Below, one piece after another: positions 56,670 to 64,000 of a stretch of DNA of 64,000 nt. This stretch comes from Candidatus Micrarchaeota archaeon. Its GTDB lineage: Archaea > Iainarchaeota > Iainarchaeia > JAADDC01. The first letter of the stretch is position 1. The number at the start of each line of letters is the position of its first letter. The stretch covers positions 42,202 through 106,201 of the forward strand of contig JALTXX010000016.1 of the NCBI GenBank assembly GCA_027046625.1, in the 5' to 3' direction. A program made the position numbers and the translations under genes. The notes beneath the pieces are model-generated. The model ran no database searches, was not told the origin of the DNA, and saw nothing but the letters and a program-made list of their open reading frames with translations.

Positions 56670-57273
56670 TCTGGATGAGACGCTCATAGATGGTAGTATG
56701 GGATACTATATAACAAAGCATCTACTAAAGCCTGGCAAAAACAAGCCAAAAATACCCAGAAAGTACTACATAAAGATGCTAAAATACTTCCACATACCCC
56801 TTTTAACAGCCCTAAAACGATTCTACAGAATATACAGATATATTATCCATAAGAGCTACCAACTCTACCTAAGGCTACTAAAGGATCCAAATCTGCCCCG
56901 CGGCCCGATTTTAAGAGAAATGATCCGGGCCGCGGAAGAAGTAAACATACCAAAAGAGAGTATAACGTTTATTCATCTTCTCAAGGAAAAAGGTTATACG
57001 GTGGTGTTGCTGACTGCCACACCTCAGGAGATCGCTGAGGTGGTGGGCAGACGGTTGGGAGTGGATATGGTGATTGGTTCTAGGGAGGGAGAGGTGATGG
57101 ATAGAGAAAATAAGGAACGGGTGTTAAAGGAACTCTCTAAGAGGGGAAGTATAGACATCATCGTTGGTAATCCCAAGAACGAACCTTTTCACCTTGCAAA
57201 GAAGCTTGTGATTATGGTTAAATCCCCTCGGGAACTGAAACGCTGGTTTAATGTGATAGAATCACTGGATTGA
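56647..57273 (+). CDS. HAD-superfamily hydrolase
   Basis: VVDLDETL motif I, LLTAT motif II, K motif III. Confidence 0.75.
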   Translation: MMKFAVVDLDETLIDGSMGYYITKHLLKPGKNKPKIPRKYYIKMLKYFHIPLLTALKRFYRIYRYIIHKSYQLYLRLLKDPNLPRGPILREMIRAAEEVNIPKESITFIHLLKEKGYTVVLLTATPQEIAEVVGRRLGVDMVIGSREGEVMDRENKERVLKELSKRGSIDIIVGNPKNEPFHLAKKLVIMVKSPRELKRWFNVIESLD

Positions 57274-58113
57274 GTTTATGGCTGCAAGCAGCTTTCCAAT
57301 GCCGATAGAGATAGCTTCATGGGTGTGTATAGTCTCTAGTGTTTGGTCTGGAAAGACATTAACTATGCTATGAAATAAGGATCTGTCGATGGGTTTGTTT
57401 TTGCCGTGTCTCTCAAGGAGACACCTAAATGGAGATCCAACCACGAAGGTTATATCCCTTCCTTCTACTTTCCTTCTTAGTGTTCTTGCAGCCGTGTAAA
57501 CGTCTTCTCCGTACTTTGAGAGGAGGACCCGAAATGTATTTGAGTGTCTTAGAATGTTATCGGGAGACTGACCTGTGTAGAAGGGATAGTAACCAATATA
57601 GGGGTTTGTGGTCAACAGCTTCGGATCAATGACTCTTTCTCCGTGAATGGGCATAAGATAGTATCGCCCCTCTCCTAACCTTTTCACAATGTCCTCCCCT
57701 CTTCCTATGGCTCTTCTAACCTCTTCCTCTCCATCAAATATTATTACGTACATTTTTTCCCTCTTTACAGCACCCCACCTTATTGTTCCTCTTCTCTTAT
57801 GGCTCCACAACTCTAAGGGAGGGATTACACCAAAGTATTTGTCTGTCTCTTCGAGAGGAAAGATAATCTTCTTTAGATAAGGAGGCGTTACTGCATACTT
57901 TAGCAGCTTCGTGATATACCTTCCCAAGGACGTTGAGCGAACCTTCTCATCCTCTTCGTGATATATTAGCACTTGGGTGATCCCGTTTAATGCTATACTT
58001 CTAGCAGTTTCTCCTATCATCCTAGCTCTTAGCAGCCTATTCTTTATGTTTGCCGTGAATGTGTCCGGAAGTAGCAATGTAGCCCTTCTCCAAGGAAATT
58101 CCGCCCTCTCCAC
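57262..58113 (-). CDS. SPOUT RNA methyltransferase (DUF171 type)
   Basis: Y..TPPYLKK..FP, GVIPPL, YIGY, VVGSP, NVFPDQ...TI.T.EA. Confidence 0.75.
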   Translation of the reverse strand: MERAEFPWRRATLLLPDTFTANIKNRLLRARMIGETARSIALNGITQVLIYHEEDEKVRSTSLGRYITKLLKYAVTPPYLKKIIFPLEETDKYFGVIPPLELWSHKRRGTIRWGAVKREKMYVIIFDGEEEVRRAIGRGEDIVKRLGEGRYYLMPIHGERVIDPKLLTTNPYIGYYPFYTGQSPDNILRHSNTFRVLLSKYGEDVYTAARTLRRKVEGRDITFVVGSPFRCLLERHGKNKPIDRSLFHSIVNVFPDQTLETIHTHEAISIGIGKLLAAINSIQ

Positions 58114-58170
58114 AACATTTAGAAGAATCTTCTTTTTATAAACTTTGGGCGCTAGTAGGAGCGGGAAACC

Positions 58171-58647
58171 ATGGACCTCATCTCGTACCTCTTTAAAGTC
58201 CCCTTCTACGTTTTATGGAACATCTTTATGTTATTTGTGTGGTCCATCCTAATTATACTCAGAAATCCTCGCATATTCCTCAGCCCAAAAGCGTGGTTGA
58301 CGTTATTTATCTTCTATGTTTTGGGAGCCCTCTTTATTCTCCTCTTCCTTCAAATACCTTTGGATATAATGCTTATCCTTCTTACAGGAAAGCCACTAGC
58401 TGGATGGATACCCTCTTCTGGTAGTTGGCTAACGGACTACGCTCTTTCATCCCTGTTATCAACCCTTCTATTCATCCTACTATTTTCTGCGCTTCTTCGA
58501 CGGCTATCGAGGATGCTATCTAAATTTGGAATAGTGCAGGAGGATGTAATAAATACAATAGAGAAATTTAGTAGCGAGCGGCTCATCTCCAAGGTAAAAC
58601 AAACAATATTCCTACTTCTAATAGCTCTCCTCCTTGTTATTATTTAA
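58171..58647 (+). CDS. hypothetical membrane protein
   Basis: Four to five TMs. Confidence 0.55.
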   Translation: MDLISYLFKVPFYVLWNIFMLFVWSILIILRNPRIFLSPKAWLTLFIFYVLGALFILLFLQIPLDIMLILLTGKPLAGWIPSSGSWLTDYALSSLLSTLLFILLFSALLRRLSRMLSKFGIVQEDVINTIEKFSSERLISKVKQTIFLLLIALLLVII

Positions 58648-59836
58648 TGAATGTGCGTTTTTCCCATGTGAGGATTGTGTAGGGAATGGTGAGAAACAGG
58701 ATGGTGCTAAGAAAGAACGTTCCATATACAGGAAAGAAGAACAGTGTTACCAGGTCCTTCCAATCCCCCCTCCGTTTTATGGATACAAACAGTAGAACTA
58801 AGGAGGATAATCCTGCAGCGATGCCAGCTACTGTTAGTATGTTTATGCCCCATACAGGCAGCATATAGAGGGAGTATATAGGTCCTAGATAGGTAAACCA
58901 TGTGGAAAGATAGAGTTGAAGCGTTCCTTGCTGGATATGCCACGATATGTATTTCAAGAACTGGTTTAGCAGAGCAGGATACCCTATAAGCCCATACAAT
59001 GGCCAATAGATATAGAGAGCTGTAGGATACCTAAACAAGGCGTTAGGAAAGTGTTGAAGTATTAGTATGCCAGTTTTGCTCCATCTCAGTCTCTGTTCTA
59101 TGAGCCCCCTTAGCGTGGTAGGTACTTCTGTCTCGGCATTTATATCTACGCTTTTTACATTATAGCCCTTTTCAAGGGCGTAGACCAACAAATATGCATC
59201 TTCCCCTGGTATATCTTCAGGAAAGCCTCCAATCTCTTCCAGCAATTCCCTTCTTATGGCTATGAACGCTCCAAATACCGTTGGAAGTGGCATTCTTCTT
59301 TGCGTGTGCGATAGTAATAGCTCACTCATAACAGCATACTCTATTCTCTGGAAATAGGATAGAATACCTCTCTTTTTTGGCATAAGAGTACCCACTACTA
59401 GCATTACTTTCCTGTCTGAGAAGGGAGCAATCAATTTTTTCAACCCGTCTCTTTCTACAACAGTATCCGCATCCAATACGACGATAACCTCCCCACTTGC
59501 ATATTTGAGCGCTTTGTTGAGTGCTTTCGCCTTTCCCACGTGGGCAGTTCTAATAACCCTTACACCCAATCCTTCTGCAATCTCTGCGGTCCTGTCCTCA
59601 CTCCCGTCGTCTACGACTATTACTTCAAGGTTTGGATAGTTTGAGTCCAGAACGGACTTTACAGCCTCTCCTATACGCTTTTCTTCGTTGTAAGCTGGTA
59701 TAAGGATACTTACCTTTGGCATAGTGCGGCTATGATCACCATTGCTGTTTCTTCTGGATAATACAAGGTAGGACCAAAATACAAAGATGGCAGAATGGAT
59801 AAGCATGAAGACTATAAGTACGGCTTCTAACATCAT
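58640..59836 (-). CDS. processive GT2 glycosyltransferase
   Basis: IPAYNEE, DDGS, GKAKALN, DAD, GED, QRLRW, C-terminal TMs. Confidence 0.92.
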   Translation of the reverse strand: MMLEAVLIVFMLIHSAIFVFWSYLVLSRRNSNGDHSRTMPKVSILIPAYNEEKRIGEAVKSVLDSNYPNLEVIVVDDGSEDRTAEIAEGLGVRVIRTAHVGKAKALNKALKYASGEVIVVLDADTVVERDGLKKLIAPFSDRKVMLVVGTLMPKKRGILSYFQRIEYAVMSELLLSHTQRRMPLPTVFGAFIAIRRELLEEIGGFPEDIPGEDAYLLVYALEKGYNVKSVDINAETEVPTTLRGLIEQRLRWSKTGILILQHFPNALFRYPTALYIYWPLYGLIGYPALLNQFLKYISWHIQQGTLQLYLSTWFTYLGPIYSLYMLPVWGINILTVAGIAAGLSSLVLLFVSIKRRGDWKDLVTLFFFPVYGTFFLSTILFLTIPYTILTWEKRTFIK

Positions 59837-61032
59837 CTAACCCACCGTTTCTTTGTTACATACCAGGGAACACCCTTCACAAAGTATGATAGAATAGCTA
59901 TTGTATTGCTAATAGCTACCAGTGGGCCAAGAATATATGCAGCCACCACAAACCTCGGAAATATCCTTCTTTCTCCACTCTTAGAGAGTGCCACGTACCC
60001 TGCAAAGAGGTATCCAGAGGTGAGGATAAGGAGCCCCATAAGAAGGTATATAGTATCTACCACTCTTATCTGGAGCATCCATAGCACTATCCCTATTAAC
60101 ACAAGGAAGGCGGTAACAACGTAGATAAGATTTAGGAGAGGAATAAGGAGCATGGATAGCTTTTGGATAATCGATAACCTCTTAGAGGAAATGAGGTTCC
60201 TCCAGTTAAGTAGGAGCGCTTCGATCATACCAGATGCCCATCTTGCTTGTTGCTTTAAGAACACATTAATGAGGAAAGGTAGTTGATTGGGAGCATGTAA
60301 TGTGGGTAGATATTTGCCCCTGTACCCCTTTGCTGCTAGTCTAAGGGCTAAATCTGCATCCTCCGCTAGTGTGCCATCCTTCCATCCCCCAACCTCCTCC
60401 AAAACCTTCCTCCTAACCGCCATGGCAGAACCCGATAGATAAAAGGTTCCTAGCCTATCCTTTAGGGGATATATTAAATAGTGATAAATTAACAGGGAAG
60501 TGCCTGCAAATACGGTTATGAGATTTTCGGGCAGGTTTTCGAAAGTCCACCTAGCCTGTACATAGGAGATGGACGGATCTTTAAAAGGTGCTACCATTCT
60601 TCTGAGAAAATCCCTGTCAGGTACAAAATCAGAGTCAAACACTACTATAATGTCTCCCTTAGAATATTTTAATGCGTTGTTCAGTGCTCCGGCTTTATAA
60701 CCGTCTCTACTATCTCTTCTAATAATCTTTACATTGGGATAGTGGGAAAACCTGTCTATTATTTCCTTTGTAACCTTGTCAGTGCTATCATCGGCTACCA
60801 CGATTTCATAATTAGGGTAATCCTGTCTTACAAGCGCCTCTAGGAGCCTCTCTACAATTCTATCATTATATACTGGCACCTGAACCGTTACCATTGGAAG
60901 GTAGTCACCCGAAGTCTTTATATCATCTGTATCCTTGTTTATTAATCCAAAAAATGCAGAGTAGTAGTATAACAGCGAAACGAGTGTAAGTATGAAGAGC
61001 AGCAGCAGGTATAGGGCAGTTATTAGTTCCAT
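59833..61032 (-). CDS. processive GT2 glycosyltransferase (cellulose-synthase-like)
   Basis: QVPVYN, DDSTD, GYKAGALN, DSD, AED, QQARW. Confidence 0.92.
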   Translation of the reverse strand: MELITALYLLLLFILTLVSLLYYYSAFFGLINKDTDDIKTSGDYLPMVTVQVPVYNDRIVERLLEALVRQDYPNYEIVVADDSTDKVTKEIIDRFSHYPNVKIIRRDSRDGYKAGALNNALKYSKGDIIVVFDSDFVPDRDFLRRMVAPFKDPSISYVQARWTFENLPENLITVFAGTSLLIYHYLIYPLKDRLGTFYLSGSAMAVRRKVLEEVGGWKDGTLAEDADLALRLAAKGYRGKYLPTLHAPNQLPFLINVFLKQQARWASGMIEALLLNWRNLISSKRLSIIQKLSMLLIPLLNLIYVVTAFLVLIGIVLWMLQIRVVDTIYLLMGLLILTSGYLFAGYVALSKSGERRIFPRFVVAAYILGPLVAISNTIAILSYFVKGVPWYVTKKRWVR

Positions 61033-61082
61033 ACATGCATAGGTTTTGAAGGAGCTTTTAAAAGACTACTTAGCAATCTTTC

Positions 61083-61715
61083 TTGGTGGACAGGCGGATC
61101 CTGTTCTTTCTACTATCCGCGCTTTTCCTTTATCTTGCAGGAGTGTTGAGTGGTATATTAATAGGAAAGGAGCTTATGAAAAGTACAGAAGCCCTCCTGA
61201 AAACAGATATATACCTTCTAAGCAGCAAGACAGACGAATTGGAAAAACGTATGGAAACAGCTGTACAAACACTATTTCCTATCCTTCTTTTAGAGGATAA
61301 AAACGTAAAATGCAGCGTTCTATATATTTCCATGAACGACGTGTTAAACGATATATCTGGCGTAGCAGATAATCTGCCCTACAGACTGGAGGAGGCAGAT
61401 GTACCATCCTCTATCTTGGAAAAATACACATCGTTGGGTGTGAGAGCTTTCATGATTGCAGATTTTCTAAGACGGGAATGCAATGTTTCTTATATGCCTG
61501 CTTTATACGTATATGAAAAGGGTAATATTGATGCAGCCCTAGAAATGGACAGACTAAAGAGAGAGTTTAACCTTATGGTGTTTGTGGCAAGCGCAGATGT
61601 AAATAACCCCTTCATAAAGGCTATAGATGCAGATCCCCCCTATGTATACGTATGTGGAGGGGTCTATAGAATTCCAGAGGCTGGAGAGGTGTTAGAGGCA
61701 TGCAAAAGAGGTTAA
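61083..61715 (+). CDS. membrane-anchored hypothetical protein divergent from the GT2 pair
   Basis: N-terminal TM, helical domain, paired cysteines. Confidence 0.6.
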   Translation: MVDRRILFFLLSALFLYLAGVLSGILIGKELMKSTEALLKTDIYLLSSKTDELEKRMETAVQTLFPILLLEDKNVKCSVLYISMNDVLNDISGVADNLPYRLEEADVPSSILEKYTSLGVRAFMIADFLRRECNVSYMPALYVYEKGNIDAALEMDRLKREFNLMVFVASADVNNPFIKAIDADPPYVYVCGGVYRIPEAGEVLEACKRG

Positions 61716-62269
61716 TATTCATGTTTTCCATAGTGTTGTTTTCCTTCTATCTCTTTCTCTCCTCTGTAGCTATGTTTATCTTTAAATCTTTCCTTCCTTC
61801 CTGGGTGATAGAAAAGTTCTCCGATGTGTACAGGATGTTTCCCTCTTCTAATGAGGTGGATGTGGTGATGGGTTACATATTATCCTACTTTTTGGTAACT
61901 GCCCTTCTTGTCTCTCTCTCACGGATAACCAAGGAACTATTGGATACCGGCGATGTTTACAATCTTGAAACCCATATAATTAATTCCACCTTGGCGGGGG
62001 TGATATCAGCAGCTATTTCCTTTATTACAAAGGTGATTGGTATTCCCCTTCTAGGAGTTATGCTGCTTCCTGTAGTAATATTTATTTTTGGCGGATATTT
62101 AGCCCTTTTTTCCTTCTTAGTGTTTTCCTTAATCCCTATAGTAGCGTATTTAATAGCAGGACCATCTATTTTTACAAGCACCATCCTGTATTATCTTTAC
62201 CTTTTGGTAGCTCCTCCAATCTCTGTTTATATCTCTATACTGCTTTCTAGGAAACTATTCCACGGTTAA
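61700..62269 (+). CDS. hypothetical multi-pass membrane protein
   Basis: About five TMs; overlaps the previous gene. Confidence 0.6.
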   Translation: MQKRLIFMFSIVLFSFYLFLSSVAMFIFKSFLPSWVIEKFSDVYRMFPSSNEVDVVMGYILSYFLVTALLVSLSRITKELLDTGDVYNLETHIINSTLAGVISAAISFITKVIGIPLLGVMLLPVVIFIFGGYLALFSFLVFSLIPIVAYLIAGPSIFTSTILYYLYLLVAPPISVYISILLSRKLFHG

Positions 62270-62425
62270 CTCTGCCTCTTCCCCCTTGAATCCTATCTTT
62301 CTGTGCATTCCATCACAGTATGGCATCTTCTTTGACGCCCCACATCTGCATAGCACCAAAACAACCTTTCCATCCTTCATAATAAGATAGGGCCCATCCT
62401 TGGCGGCCTTTATTGTGACTACCAT
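62255..62425 (-). CDS. CDGSH iron-sulfur domain protein (56 aa)
   Basis: Not in ORF track. MVVTIKAAKDGPYLIMKDGKVVLVLCRCGASKKMPYCDGMHRKIGFKGEEAELTVE*. Confidence 0.9.
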   Translation of the reverse strand: MVVTIKAAKDGPYLIMKDGKVVLVLCRCGASKKMPYCDGMHRKIGFKGEEAELTVE

Positions 62426-62477
62426 ACGTAGCTACCTCTCCGTAAGGTTTAAATATGCAGAACACCCCTGTTTACTG

Positions 62478-63077
62478 ATGTTCAAGAGGATTAAAGATTC
62501 CTTCAAAAGGAAACTAGAGGGCGTAAGGAACCGCGCAATAGAGGAACTTACTATATACGCTATGGAAAGGAATATTGTGGCAGAGGGACTTCTTGTAGAT
62601 ATCCTTTCTAGTGACCGATTTAGCGGTGCAAGAGAGAAGGCCATCAACTACATTTTAACCGGTATTAAGTATGATGACCCTGCTGCCAAACGCCTTTTAG
62701 AGGAAGTTATACGTCGCCCTGGCCCTCACCAAAGGAGGTTAATAGGAGATATAATAGATCATTCACTAAAAGGCTACAGAGGCGCCATCGATACGCTTAA
62801 TGGTTTGTTCCTTGCGCAAGATAAGTATGGAATACACCACCTAATTAGAGAAATACTAAATGAAGAACATGTAAGGAAAATGGTTGATGTAATGACTGAG
62901 TTGAGCAAGAATGGGCCGTTGTATGCAGACACTGTAGCACGTGTTTTAAGAAACATCCTGCAAGACAACAGATACTCCCATTTGCATCGACCTATCTTGG
63001 AGCAGTTGAGATACCATATTGCCAAGGGTGATCCTACAGCTGAGCGCTTTCTAGAGAAGCTTTCTGAAGAAACGTAG
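62478..63077 (+). CDS. hypothetical alpha-helical protein
   Basis: ORF from ATG 62478 with TATA tttaaata upstream; no motif recognised. Confidence 0.55.
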   Translation: MFKRIKDSFKRKLEGVRNRAIEELTIYAMERNIVAEGLLVDILSSDRFSGAREKAINYILTGIKYDDPAAKRLLEEVIRRPGPHQRRLIGDIIDHSLKGYRGAIDTLNGLFLAQDKYGIHHLIREILNEEHVRKMVDVMTELSKNGPLYADTVARVLRNILQDNRYSHLHRPILEQLRYHIAKGDPTAERFLEKLSEET

Positions 63078-63864
63078 AACGTACCATCTTGGCTAAATCG
63101 CCTCCCCCTTTCCACCAATCCCTAAACACCTTCCAATACTGTTTTTCTACTCTAACAAGCCTCTTCCAGTTTTTATCGTAGTGCATATGAAACATTTTCT
63201 TTGCATTGCCCGTCTTCCACCAGATGATGTTGGTGAGTGTTTCTACGTGCACCTCGTGAAATGGTATGTTGTGTTTCCTTGATATTTCCTTGAGTAGATT
63301 ATCAAAAATTTCATCCCTTTCTACATATATGTGTACGAGCTCGTGAACCAACACTCTCAGCAAGTTATTGTTTCTCTCTTCCGCAGAGTAACCAAAGGAT
63401 ACATCAGGAGATATTCCTACCTCGTTCTTGTATGCGCTTCCGCCAGCTCCTGTTAGTTGAAAGCTCGGAAAAACCCTTATCTCTTCTTTGAGTACTTCTT
63501 TTCCATGCACTTTTGATACAACTTCTCGAACATCCTTGGAAATACCTTTGAACTGTCGCTTCAACTTTTTGTACACCATTATAGCTCTGTCTCTGAGTAT
63601 CTTAGGAGGTTTGAGTACCAAAGTGCTGTCTACCAATCTTTTTTCTTCATCTGTAAGGTGCTTTCTTAGGGTAAGTTTTTGCACGACATCCTTGAGCAGA
63701 TCAGCGTCCGTAGGAACAAGGTTTGGTGCTGCAAAGTAGAGCGCCCAAACGGCTGTATTATCTGTAGGATACCCTCCTAGAATGGGTCCCCAGACATGGT
63801 ATAATAAGTGTAAGGTGGCAAGTCTATCATCCCATGGTAGGAACACAACCTTCATACATATCAT
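63034..63864 (-). CDS. hypothetical protein with HEXXH zinc-metallopeptidase motif
   Basis: LRVLVHELVHIY followed by a downstream Glu (HVE). Confidence 0.6.
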   Translation of the reverse strand: MICMKVVFLPWDDRLATLHLLYHVWGPILGGYPTDNTAVWALYFAAPNLVPTDADLLKDVVQKLTLRKHLTDEEKRLVDSTLVLKPPKILRDRAIMVYKKLKRQFKGISKDVREVVSKVHGKEVLKEEIRVFPSFQLTGAGGSAYKNEVGISPDVSFGYSAEERNNNLLRVLVHELVHIYVERDEIFDNLLKEISRKHNIPFHEVHVETLTNIIWWKTGNAKKMFHMHYDKNWKRLVRVEKQYWKVFRDWWKGGGDLAKMVRSTFLQKASLESAQL

Positions 63865-64000
63865 TCCTCATATAACCTCTTAAGAACCCTCTTTAGCTCC
63901 TCTTTATCCCTTGGAAAGATCATCTTTACAACTTGCCTAATGTTTCCATAATCCCTTCCATGCAACCCTAATATATCCACCAATGGATGCTCATCTACCC
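63861..64000 (-). CDS. 3' end of an unidentified gene entering from the right edge
   Basis: Open frame ...VDEHPLVDILGLHGRDYGNIRQVVKMIFPRDKEELKRVLKRLYEE*, ATGA overlap with the next gene. Confidence 0.5.
   Translation of the reverse strand, partial: VDEHPLVDILGLHGRDYGNIRQVVKMIFPRDKEELKRVLKRLYEE

Noticed and set aside
56647-56700. Fourth C/D-box sRNA (ATGATGA...TTGA..TGGATGA)
   Set aside because: No terminal D box at the expected spacing, and the sequence is explained by the HAD motif codons.

Overview
Gene-dense archaeal chromosomal window with many GTG/leaderless starts, short divergent promoters and overlapping convergent ends. The gene content and high-GC tRNAs suggest a thermophilic DPANN-type archaeon, possibly Micrarchaeota/Diapherotrites-like (inference). 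Housekeeping genes include taw3, rps26e, aglB, tmk, rpl10e, top6AB, scpAB, rnhB, rpl35ae, trm1, sod, R15P isomerase, nmd3, alaX, AGOG, sfsA, class II lysS, gltX, uppS and a type IV pilus ATPase with two platform proteins. There are six intron-less, CCA-less tRNAs and three C/D-box guide sRNAs read directly from the DNA. The most striking region is an adhesin island around tRNA-Ser (about 11.5-17.8 kb). It holds two type IV pilins that each carry an inserted canonical C-type lectin domain and share a duplicated promoter with a T9 tract. These are interleaved with toxin-antitoxin genes, with a 3' remnant of a third paralogue abutting the tRNA, plus a pilin-like LVIVD beta-propeller gene built from mosaic near-identical DNA blocks. 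Other oddities are an AglB with WWG instead of WWD, a cysteine-free FdhD, a frameshifted malic enzyme and a paired processive GT2 cluster. All calls come from motif recognition by eye; no searches were run.
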